Shown here piece after piece: positions 47,212 to 55,441 of a DNA stretch of 64,000 nt. The DNA lies in contig PNKB01000003.1 of NCBI GenBank assembly GCA_013997645.1, positions 2,560 to 66,559 on the forward strand, in the 5' to 3' direction. The translations under genes and the position numbers were made by a program. The number at the start of each line of letters is the position of its first letter. Position 1 is the stretch's first letter. The notes under the pieces were generated by a model that saw only the letters and a program-made list of their open reading frames with translations, was not told where the DNA came from and did not search any database. Source of the DNA: Cyanobacteria bacterium PR.3.49. Its GTDB lineage: Bacteria; Cyanobacteriota; Vampirovibrionia; Obscuribacterales; Obscuribacteraceae.

Positions 47212-47222
47212 TACGTATGTAT
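47207..47222. promoter_or_regulatory. imperfect 16-bp palindrome overlapping the -10 (candidate LexA operator)
   Basis: ATACTTACGTATGTAT, with 7 of 8 positions self-complementary around the central ACGT. Confidence 0.4.
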
Positions 47223-47253
47223 CCGGGAGGAATGGTTACCCAGGCACTCCGGA

Positions 47254-47288
47254 GATACTGAAATCGATACTGAAATCGATACTTAAAT
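47254..47288 (+). repeat. 12-nt tandem direct repeat in lexA leader
   Basis: GATACTGAAATC GATACTGAAATC GATACTTAAAT, about 2.9 copies. Confidence 0.85.
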
Positions 47289-47329
47289 TGGTCTGAGACG
47301 ATTCTGGGGCGGCACTTCGAGGAGAATTT

Positions 47330-47992
47330 ATGGATCTGGACTGTTTGCCGCCACGGCAACGCGACGTAATAAAGTCTATTGTCGAGCTGACTGAAGAAAA
47401 TGGGTATCCGCCGACCTTAGCCGAATTGGCAAAGGCTCTGGGTTTACGCAACCGGATGACGGTTCACCAGCATGTCGCCGCTCTCAAGAAAAAAGGATAT
47501 GTCCATTGGGAGCCAGGGCTTAATCGTTCATTGAGAGTCGTTTCTCAAATGACCACTCAGACCGGTGGCAGGACGACAGAGACAACTATTGAATACGAAG
47601 AGACATATACCGAGCCTGTCGGTATTCCTCTGGCAGGCACTATCGCTGCCGGTCGTCCGATCGATGCAATCGAATCGGGTGAGTTTCTTGCCATGGATAG
47701 TCCGTATGCCGGTACCGATTGTTTCGCTCTCAAAGTAAAGGGCGATTCCATGATCGAAGACGGCATCTGTGACGGCGACTTCGTTATCATCAAGCCCAAT
47801 CCATCTCCTCGCAATGGAGAAATTGTGGTGGCACTTTTGGATGATGGAACCGCAACCTTGAAGCGTTTGTTCAAAGAAAAAGGCGGCTACAGATTGCAGC
47901 CTGCAAATAGCCAACTCCAGCCAATCTTCGTCGATGCAAAAGATGGCCTCTCAGTTCAAGGTGTTGTAGTCGCCTTGTTCAGAAAAATGTAG
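47330..47992 (+). CDS. lexA: LexA repressor (S24 peptidase)
   Basis: N-terminal winged-helix (LAELAKALGL..MTVHQHVAALKKKGYV), Ala-Gly cleavage site in GTIAAGRPI, Ser in VKGDSM and Lys in TLKRL. GAGGAG SD. Confidence 0.93.
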   Translation: MDLDCLPPRQRDVIKSIVELTEENGYPPTLAELAKALGLRNRMTVHQHVAALKKKGYVHWEPGLNRSLRVVSQMTTQTGGRTTETTIEYEETYTEPVGIPLAGTIAAGRPIDAIESGEFLAMDSPYAGTDCFALKVKGDSMIEDGICDGDFVIIKPNPSPRNGEIVVALLDDGTATLKRLFKEKGGYRLQPANSQLQPIFVDAKDGLSVQGVVVALFRKM

Positions 47993-48005
47993 ATTCAATC
48001 ATCGA

Positions 48006-48797
48006 TCAAGAACGAATCAATCGATTCATTGCATCGTAGCGAAGTGGCGTATCCTCGCCTCTGAAGCCCGGTTTGTGTAGCCAAACATCAGTTTGTCCAT
48101 TGCGATATCGAGTCATGTGCGACACGTCTGTATGAATCGGATTGCTAGCGTTGCCGAATCTGCCTAATCTGTAGGTATCGTATACAGTGCCGATCGCATC
48201 TGGGGTGGAGGCGTATTTATTGGGAAATTGCGCCCATCGCCTTAACACTGGATCTTCCATACCGTAGAGCCCTCGCCAAATTCCGGATTTGTTGCCGGCT
48301 TCATCATATGAGCCGATGTGCTGAGAGCCCTTCATTTTGTACATTTCAACCCATCTGGCTGCGTCACTATTGGGCATGAAGCCGGGCTTTGCCATAACGC
48401 CTAGCGGATTCTGCATAGTTATCAGCCCATCTCCGAAAGTGTTGATCTGCGTGGCCCGGCCTTGCCCTAACCAACCTGCGGAAAAGGGTATTGTGTCTCC
48501 ATCTCTCATCGGATAAATAGCAAATTTGCCGTCACCTTTGGTCGTAACACGCAAAGATAACTCGCTTGCGAGATTGGTGATTCCAGTCTTCTCATCCTTC
48601 TTGAATAAGTTGATGCCAAAACTAGCCAGTTGATCTCTTGCAGCCGCAAAATTCATGGTGTTCTCCGCCCACTCGGAGCTGCGCCCGGCACCTGATAGTA
48701 TGCGATTTGCCGGACCGGCAAGTTCGACTAAGTTGAGACCGGTAGTTCGCTCGACAGTATTGGCGGCAACTCTAGCGACATCCAAGGGGTTGGGCAT
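48006..48797 (-). CDS. hypothetical protein (263 aa), no recognisable domain
   Basis: Clean ORF with an ATG start, convergent with lexA (13-nt gap). No signal peptide and no motif I recognise. Confidence 0.55.
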   Translation of the reverse strand: MPNPLDVARVAANTVERTTGLNLVELAGPANRILSGAGRSSEWAENTMNFAAARDQLASFGINLFKKDEKTGITNLASELSLRVTTKGDGKFAIYPMRDGDTIPFSAGWLGQGRATQINTFGDGLITMQNPLGVMAKPGFMPNSDAARWVEMYKMKGSQHIGSYDEAGNKSGIWRGLYGMEDPVLRRWAQFPNKYASTPDAIGTVYDTYRLGRFGNASNPIHTDVSHMTRYRNGQTDVWLHKPGFRGEDTPLRYDAMNRLIRS

Positions 48798-48966
48798 GTT
48801 TCTCGTTCCTATTTTTTAGTAGCGTGAGGCGCTGCCCGAAAGGCGATGCCGCTTTCGGGTACATTCATCAATTGGGCAAACTTTACGACGCGAACCGTGT
48901 GTTAATCGTGAGCATTTTTGAGGCCGTGTCCGGGTAGCATTCGCTTCAAAACCATTAGTGAAAAAC

Positions 48967-50916
48967 TTAGTGGCTGAAGAGCTGCTTCATGCACTTCGGC
49001 ATGGGCGCGGCCGTGTCGACTTCGAGCGTCTTTTCGTTCTCGTAGCGTACTTGCCCAGGCTTATCCTTGCCGAGCTTTTTCACATACTTTACTTGCGTGT
49101 AGACAACGCGGACTTTAGTGCCGGACGTGCCACCTTTAGAAAGGCGCGCCGCAATTTGAGCCGCCTCCTTCAAAGTCGTAAGCGGTGGTTCCTGCTTCGA
49201 AGCCGGAACTCGAATAAGAACATGCGCTCCTCCGGAGCCTAAAATATGCAGCCAAATATCATTCGGCTGAGCGAGTTTGCTCAAGAGTTGATCGTTTTCG
49301 TGGCGATTGCGTCCTACGTAAATGGTCCAACCATCAGACGAAGTTACGCTCAGCATGCGGGGTTTTCCCGCCTTCTTCTTGTCGGCCGCTTGCCCCTTAT
49401 TTTGCTGTGGCTGTTGCATCGCTGAAGCCGGTTTTCGCCCGATGATCAATTCACGCAGTGCTCTCAACTCGTCGTTTGTCTGCGCTGTTTCTAATTGTTT
49501 GAGTTGCGTTTCCACTAGAGTTTGTTTTTTCGACGCTTCATCAAACGACAGCTTGGCTGCCTTTTGGCGGCTGCGTAGCTTTGAGAATTGCCGATAAAAC
49601 CATTGAGCATTTTGCGATGCAGTCAAATTCGGATTGAGTTTGATCTTTATCTTTTCGGAACCACCCGTGTAAAGATCTTCGACTTCAAGATCGGTTTGCC
49701 CCGGCTCGATTGTGCCGAGATTGGCTAAAACAAGATCTCCTGAGCGTTTCATCTCGTCTAGAGATTGTTCGTTTCTAATATGCTGCGAGGCAACCGAAAT
49801 TCTGGATGCCAGTTTTTCATCTTCCGACTTGAGTTCGTTTCGCAGCCTTTCGCGTAATTGCTGGAACTGCTCACGTGCTTCAACCGCGCCGTAATAGTCA
49901 TCTATCAGGTCATTAACCGCCGGAAAATGTTTCCAGGCTGTCTGTATTTTTGCACCAATTTCGGTGGCTTCTGAGTTCGCACCGATTAAAGTGGCTGCAG
50001 AATCCGCACCTGATGCGATGCTGCTTGCTTCTTTCAGTTCCGGTATCAAAGAGAGTACTGTAAATCTCGAGAGATCTTTTTTCATTGCCGGCTTGAAGTT
50101 AATGCGATCCTCTCCAAGCAGCCTAATTACCGACCAAACTTTTTCCTCACTATCAGATTCCTTCAAAGCCTCGCAAACTGGACTTTTCGAGCCTGATGCG
50201 AGAATTACTTCTTCGGATAAATTGCGTCCCAAACCGGTGAAAGTATGGATCAGCCACTGTTCTAGAGTCGCAAAAGAAGAAACCGGCGATCCGGTCGCAT
50301 CCGCATTTTGACTTTTCTCGAAATTCTCTTTCAACAATTTCCACTGCTCTGAAAAATCTTCACGCGTGACCTTGAAAATATTTGGGCGCTCCTGACCGGG
50401 CGGTCGTTTATATGTCAGTCCCGGAGCCACTTCACGATGGCGGCTCATCTCTTTTGTGACAATATGAGACGCTGTGAGAATTTTTTCTTTGGCTTTATCC
50501 CAAAAAATCAAATTGCTGTGCCGACCCATAATTTCGGCAGTCAATACTTTGTGGCTCGCGGTTCCGACCTCATCGGTTGAGGAAAATACAAAGTCCACAA
50601 TGCGCTCGCCCGGTAGCTGTTCGATATGAACCAGCGTGGCCGAAGCCAGTGTTTTCCTCAAAAGCAGAGCGAAATTAGAATTGTTTTGCGGCGCCCGATC
50701 GTTTTTAGCCCCCTGTGGTGCCTGTTTTACAAGACAGATTCGGCCATAGGTGGCGTGAGCGGATAAGAAAAGGTGTACCATGCCCGATTTCGAGCGCAGC
50801 GAAATGAGCAATTCATCGCGCGCCAGCTGAAAAACCCTGTCAACACGCCGGTTGAGCAAGAGCGGCTTGGCCTCGTCTAGCACTGCTCGAATTGTCAGGG
50901 CATCGAACGGTTGCAT
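48967..50916 (-). CDS. rqcH: NFACT-family ribosome quality control protein (FbpA/RqcH)
   Basis: NFACT-N terminus MQPFDALTIRAVLDE..., a central coiled coil, and the DUF814/NFACT-R block SSDGWTIYVGRNRHENDQL...DIWLH..GSGGAHVLIR. Confidence 0.88.
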   Translation of the reverse strand: MQPFDALTIRAVLDEAKPLLLNRRVDRVFQLARDELLISLRSKSGMVHLFLSAHATYGRICLVKQAPQGAKNDRAPQNNSNFALLLRKTLASATLVHIEQLPGERIVDFVFSSTDEVGTASHKVLTAEIMGRHSNLIFWDKAKEKILTASHIVTKEMSRHREVAPGLTYKRPPGQERPNIFKVTREDFSEQWKLLKENFEKSQNADATGSPVSSFATLEQWLIHTFTGLGRNLSEEVILASGSKSPVCEALKESDSEEKVWSVIRLLGEDRINFKPAMKKDLSRFTVLSLIPELKEASSIASGADSAATLIGANSEATEIGAKIQTAWKHFPAVNDLIDDYYGAVEAREQFQQLRERLRNELKSEDEKLASRISVASQHIRNEQSLDEMKRSGDLVLANLGTIEPGQTDLEVEDLYTGGSEKIKIKLNPNLTASQNAQWFYRQFSKLRSRQKAAKLSFDEASKKQTLVETQLKQLETAQTNDELRALRELIIGRKPASAMQQPQQNKGQAADKKKAGKPRMLSVTSSDGWTIYVGRNRHENDQLLSKLAQPNDIWLHILGSGGAHVLIRVPASKQEPPLTTLKEAAQIAARLSKGGTSGTKVRVVYTQVKYVKKLGKDKPGQVRYENEKTLEVDTAAPMPKCMKQLFSH

Positions 50917-51053
50917 GGCTGTTCTCGTTTAGGTTTAATAGGGGTCTCTTAGTAAAGGACAATCTATCAAAAAAGTGAAGCGGTATTATGAATCACATGG
51001 TCTTCACTGGTAGCGGAATTTTCGGGCGATTCGACTGACAAAGAGGGCTTTCT

Positions 51054-51767
51054 ATGCCGGCTAGCAAAAGCAAACAGTCTTTGCCGAAAAAAGCAGAAGG
51101 ATCTGACCGGTCCGGTACGTCCGGTCGCGCTGCTGGTTCGGAGCACTGCGATGCTGATGCAGAGCCCGCCAAAAGTGATAATCAGACGGAAAGGGTAGTG
51201 CCAGGTAATCTTTTCGTGCTCACAGGACCATCAGGTGTGGGCAAAAACACCATTATTTGCCGCGTTTTGGACGAAGCGGGCGGAATCGTCGAGTCGGTCT
51301 CTGTGACGACAAGGAAGCAGCGCGAAGGCGAGCGCGACGGTGTTGATTACTTCTTCACCGACCGAGAAAGCTTCGAAAAGATGCGCACCAAGAATCATTT
51401 CATTGAATGCGCGGAGTTTGCCGGCAACTATTACGGCACCCCGAGAAACTGGGTTGAAAACCGCCTTACCGAAGGCCTTGATGTCGTGCTTGTCATTGAG
51501 GTGCAAGGCGCAAAGCAAGTGATGAAGCAGTTTCCCCAGGCGATTTTGGTGTTTCTGGCACCACCATCGATGGACGTGCTTGAAAAGCGACTTCGCACCA
51601 GAGCTACTGAGCCGGAGGACGTAATTGCAATGCGTCTGGACAAGGCAGGTCAAGAATTGAAGGAGCGCGACTTCTTCCACTATGAAGTTGTTAACGACGA
51701 TATGGACCAAGCTGTCAACAATGTGCTCTCGATCGTGTATGCTGAACGTTGTCGCATAAGACCTTAG
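51054..51767 (+). CDS. gmk: guanylate kinase (with ~50-aa disordered N-terminal extension)
   Basis: P-loop LTGPSGVGKNT, TTRKQREGE..GVDYFF and EVQGA blocks. AGAGGG SD. Confidence 0.92.
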   Translation: MPASKSKQSLPKKAEGSDRSGTSGRAAGSEHCDADAEPAKSDNQTERVVPGNLFVLTGPSGVGKNTIICRVLDEAGGIVESVSVTTRKQREGERDGVDYFFTDRESFEKMRTKNHFIECAEFAGNYYGTPRNWVENRLTEGLDVVLVIEVQGAKQVMKQFPQAILVFLAPPSMDVLEKRLRTRATEPEDVIAMRLDKAGQELKERDFFHYEVVNDDMDQAVNNVLSIVYAERCRIRP

Positions 51768-51834
51768 CTGGCGCCTGTATATTGGCGTCCGGGTGAGGGG
51801 ACGAAACGCCCAGAACCACGACCATTGGGGACAA

Positions 51835-52047
51835 ATGAGCACAACCAGAATCCTTGACCAGTTGATGGATAAGCATGGCAACCGTTACGAGCTGGTGCTG
51901 AAAGTGGCTCAGCGCGCTAAAGTCATCAAGACCGAGACGCGTGATCAGCACAAAGCAACCAACGCCGTAATCCAGGCTTTGCAGACTGTTGCTGCCGAAG
52001 ACGACGGCACCATCCTTATCTCACCAGGCGGTTACCAGATCTATTGA
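51835..52047 (+). CDS. rpoZ: DNA-directed RNA polymerase subunit omega
   Basis: The internal ATG at 51835 gives the 70-aa MSTTRILDQLMDKHGNRYELVLKVAQRAKVIK..., and the gene follows gmk as in many bacteria. Confidence 0.8.
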   Translation: MSTTRILDQLMDKHGNRYELVLKVAQRAKVIKTETRDQHKATNAVIQALQTVAAEDDGTILISPGGYQIY

Positions 52048-52110
52048 TCCGCCGCTGCGAGCGCTGCTCGGTGGCTGGCAATATGATTTGCCTGTAAGAA
52101 TCGCAAGAAC

Positions 52111-52143
52111 GCACCGGTTCAAATCGGTGCTTTTGTGCTTTTT
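52111..52143 (+). terminator. rho-independent terminator after gmk-rpoZ
   Basis: GCACCG-gttcaaat-CGGTGC followed by TTTTGTGCTTTTT. Confidence 0.7.
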
Positions 52144-52294
52144 CGTAGCAAAAGCCCGATTAATATTGACTCAGATTGTCCTCAGGGGGGATTTTCCCGT
52201 TGCCAAGGAAACCGGTCGGTCTTATTGTTTTCTCAAAAGGAGTACCAGATCCTTCTTTTGCGTTGGCGACAAGCTTTAAGAGACCGCATCCCTA

Positions 52295-52504
52295 ATGGAC
52301 ATCTGGGCAATAATCTTACTTTTTGCATTCATGGTCGGCATCATGGGCTGGGGCATGAATCTGTTCGTCAACGGGATCCTATGGTACTGCGACTGGCGCG
52401 AGGGTACCGAGATCAACTGGGGCATGGAGACCTTCTTCACGCTGGCGATGCCATTTACCTGGCTGTACACCATTTTTCTGATTGTCGTTCTCTACATTCG
52501 TTAA
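52295..52504 (+). CDS. possible small W-rich membrane protein (69 aa)
   Basis: Two or three clean hydrophobic helices (IWAIILLFAFMVGIMGWGM, FFTLAMPFTWLYTIFLIVVLYI). However, there is no good SD, and it overlaps the 3' tail of the convergent dus ORF by 126 nt. Confidence 0.35.
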   Translation: MDIWAIILLFAFMVGIMGWGMNLFVNGILWYCDWREGTEINWGMETFFTLAMPFTWLYTIFLIVVLYIR

Positions 52505-53494
52505 GAAGCGCTCTTTGCCTTCTTTTCCGCCGACAAGCTCGGACAGTTCCGCAAGAATATCCGCTGCGTCCTGAGCGCAAGTAATTTGTGTCAGCCGGGC
52601 GCGAAACGGCGCCGCGCCTGTCATACCCTTAGTGTAGTGCGTCATGTGCCTTCGGGATTCGTTGGAGCCGATGCGCGGACCTTTGTACCTGGTCAGCCAG
52701 ACGCAGTGCAGGTAGGCGAGGATCAGTTTGTCGACGTCATCAGGCGCGGCAGCGAGCACGCCCTCATCGATATAACGAGTTATGCGAGGGATTAGCCACG
52801 GATTGCCGAGCGTGCCGCGAGCCACCGCCACTCCGTCGCAACCTGTGATTTCCAGCAGCCTGATCGCGTCTTCCGGCTCGAAAACATCACCGTTGCCGAA
52901 TACCGGAATGCCCAAAGCCGCTTTCACTTTGGAAATGAAATTCCAGTCTGCTTTTCCTGAATAGAGCTGCTGCCTGGTTCTTCCGTGCACAGTCACCGCG
53001 GAAGCACCGGCGCCTTCAACCATCTCGCCGAACTCGACAGCATTGCGCGAATTGTCGTCCCAGCCCAGGCGGAATTTCACCGTCACAGGAATTTTGATCG
53101 CGGTTTTCACCGTGGATATGATTTCGCGCGCCAGGTCCGGCTCCTTCATCAAGGCGCAACCGTCTTTACCTTTTGTAATCTTGGGGACCGGGCATCCCAT
53201 ATTGATGTCGACGAAGTCGGCGCCCTTTTTCTCTGCCATTTGAGCGGCAGTCGCCATCACATCAGGCTCATGCCCGAAGAGTTGGATGCCAATCGGATGC
53301 TCTGTGTCGGAGAGATCCATAATTCGGCATTCGGGGCGATTCATCAGCGCGCGGCTTGATACCATCTCCGTAGAAAGCAGGCAGTTTGGATCGACCTGGC
53401 GCACGATGTCGCGAAAAACCAGGTCCGTGACCCCCGCCATCGGTGGTACGTACACGCGGCTTTTCAAAGTGATAGAGCCGATTTGAATAGGCAT
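52379..53494 (-). CDS. dus: tRNA-dihydrouridine synthase
   Basis: PPMAGVTDLVFR, INMGCP and VHGRTR blocks. The last ~45 aa form a non-conserved-looking tail. Confidence 0.92.
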   Translation of the reverse strand: MPIQIGSITLKSRVYVPPMAGVTDLVFRDIVRQVDPNCLLSTEMVSSRALMNRPECRIMDLSDTEHPIGIQLFGHEPDVMATAAQMAEKKGADFVDINMGCPVPKITKGKDGCALMKEPDLAREIISTVKTAIKIPVTVKFRLGWDDNSRNAVEFGEMVEGAGASAVTVHGRTRQQLYSGKADWNFISKVKAALGIPVFGNGDVFEPEDAIRLLEITGCDGVAVARGTLGNPWLIPRITRYIDEGVLAAAPDDVDKLILAYLHCVWLTRYKGPRIGSNESRRHMTHYTKGMTGAAPFRARLTQITCAQDAADILAELSELVGGKEGKERFLTNVENDNQKNGVQPGKWHRQREEGLHAPVDLGTLAPVAVP

Positions 53495-53525
53495 ACTGAA
53501 GAGTTTACAGGACAGGACGGGTGTG

Positions 53526-54743
53526 ATGTCAAATAGTACGGCTATCAGCCTGTTGAAAGATGCGCTGCAAAACGCTTATGAGCTGGGCAAGATCGAAGCA
53601 ATCGAATCGATTGCGACAGATGAAGAAGAGTATCTGAAAGCGAAGGGAGCGCCCCTTCCAGCCGACGTTGAAGAACTGCGCAGTGCTTTTCGCGTCACTT
53701 CCTCAAGCGGTTCTTACTTTCTCAAACGTGTCAGTTCATGGGTCTCCGACGAGCAATTGAAACGCGTCGAGCGGTTTCTCAAATGGTCTGAGGAAAAACT
53801 ACTTTCGATTTCTCCGAAACTGATCGAGCCTGTTGCCGGTGGCGGTCACTGCAGTTTTGAAAACCAAAGGTATCAACTTTTTGAGTTTGTCGAACAGGAA
53901 AAGCGCCAAAATTGGATGAACAACCAAGTTTCCTCGACTGATTGTCGATTGGCAGGAGCTCTGCTCCTCCGTATGCATGAAGCATTCAATAGTTATGTTA
54001 GCTTCGAGCAAAAATCGGAGGACCAACAAACCTGGTCATCAGATGTTTTAGAAGAAACCCTGGAGAAGTGGAAAAACCTTGTATCACTGCTTACTAAAAA
54101 AGAGGACGCACTTCCGCAGGTATTTTCGCAACTGGTACAGGCAGAAAGCACGCTGACCACTAGGCTTTCAAAGGCCTTGGACTCTGCGTCAAAAGGCAAG
54201 ATTGTTAACGAAGGACAGACGGTTAAGTATTTAGTGCACGGTGATTTTCATCCCGGCAATTTCCTGATAGCGGACTGCAAAGGTAAGAGTAAAGTCGCAT
54301 GGGCTATCGATTTCGATCATATGCACTTTTCCTTTCCACACTTCGACCTTGGCTATGCGCTTGTGATGTTTGGACATAGAAAAAATGACCAACAAAAAAC
54401 ATTTATAGATTGGGAACTGGTGAGGGCCTTTCTTTTCGGGTTCGCAAAAAGTTGGTACGCGTGGGGAGTTCGTGATGTCTCAGAGGAAACCCAGTCTGAG
54501 ATATTGGAGATCTTGCAGAAGTGTGTGAAAGAACGCATCAACGATGACATTCTTCCAGCTCACATGACTATCGCCTGCTTCTTGATCATCGATTGGGCTG
54601 CCGATCGCTTTCTCAATGGACCCCAGGCATTTGCTGGTCTATACGAGGGCATCGTCAGCGACATGCTTCAATTATTGATGTTCGAAGACTTCAATAAATC
54701 GGCGGATATTTATTTTGAAACGCTTAAGGAAATACTAGGCTGA
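53526..54743 (+). CDS. aminoglycoside/choline-kinase-like phosphotransferase (APH family)
   Basis: Catalytic loop LVHGDFHPGNFLI and metal-binding WAIDFD. Confidence 0.78.
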   Translation: MSNSTAISLLKDALQNAYELGKIEAIESIATDEEEYLKAKGAPLPADVEELRSAFRVTSSSGSYFLKRVSSWVSDEQLKRVERFLKWSEEKLLSISPKLIEPVAGGGHCSFENQRYQLFEFVEQEKRQNWMNNQVSSTDCRLAGALLLRMHEAFNSYVSFEQKSEDQQTWSSDVLEETLEKWKNLVSLLTKKEDALPQVFSQLVQAESTLTTRLSKALDSASKGKIVNEGQTVKYLVHGDFHPGNFLIADCKGKSKVAWAIDFDHMHFSFPHFDLGYALVMFGHRKNDQQKTFIDWELVRAFLFGFAKSWYAWGVRDVSEETQSEILEILQKCVKERINDDILPAHMTIACFLIIDWAADRFLNGPQAFAGLYEGIVSDMLQLLMFEDFNKSADIYFETLKEILG

Positions 54744-54793
54744 GGTATATTTAGCGTTTTGTGAGAAGCTCTAAGGCGTTTGGTGAGAAACAA

Positions 54794-55438
54794 ATGACGC
54801 ACAAATCAGACGAAAATCGCTTTGCAAAGCTGCCGGTATTGCTCGTTGCTGGCTTAGCCTCCCTGGCAACACCCGCATGGGCAGACGCTGTCATTAGCGG
54901 AAGAATTACCGATCCTGGAAGTTTTCCAGTCACGGGAGCAAAAGTCGTTGTTTTTGATGATGAAGCGACGTGGTCCGTATCGGACACGACGGATTCTAAT
55001 GGCAAATTTTCAATAAAGCATGCTCCCTGTAAAAGTTGTTTCGTGGAGATAACTCCGCGCAAAAAAGGTGCTCTGGCTGCGGCTCTTATCGATGACGTCT
55101 CCGGTAAAGTCGATCGGCGTTTTCTCATTCAACTGCATCACGGCTTTTCAGTACGTGGCTGTGTCACAGGCGCCGATGGCAAACCGCTGAAAGATATCGT
55201 TGTCAAAATTTCGTCTGCGGACACAGGCGAGGATTCGTCGGCCAGAATTCACGGCGGCGGTGCGGCTGTCACTGCAAAAGACGGCAACTACGAGCTTTGC
55301 CTTACTCCTGGTCATAAGCGTCTGACTATTATCAATGAGAAGTATCCCTCGCTTGTAAAACATTTGGTGCAGAAATTCCAGGTCACCTCCGATGGTGCAT
55401 TGGAAAACATTGTTCTTCCGGATAAACACAGCAGGTAA
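54794..55438 (+). CDS. secreted carboxypeptidase-regulatory-like (CarboxypepD_reg) domain protein
   Basis: Signal peptide ...LASLATPAWA. Two units of the type ISGRITDPGSFPVTGAKVVVFD and VRGCVTGADGKPLKDIVVKI. Confidence 0.65.
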   Translation: MTHKSDENRFAKLPVLLVAGLASLATPAWADAVISGRITDPGSFPVTGAKVVVFDDEATWSVSDTTDSNGKFSIKHAPCKSCFVEITPRKKGALAAALIDDVSGKVDRRFLIQLHHGFSVRGCVTGADGKPLKDIVVKISSADTGEDSSARIHGGGAAVTAKDGNYELCLTPGHKRLTIINEKYPSLVKHLVQKFQVTSDGALENIVLPDKHSR

Positions 55439-55441
55439 AGC

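Noticed and set aside
48835-48859. 8-bp hairpin CCCGAAAG-9 nt-CTTTCGGG between rqcH and the 263-aa orphan
   Set aside because: There is no U-tract on either strand, so I did not call it a terminator.
51231-51881. 216-aa minus-strand ORF
   Set aside because: It is antisense to gmk and the start of rpoZ, and has no motifs.
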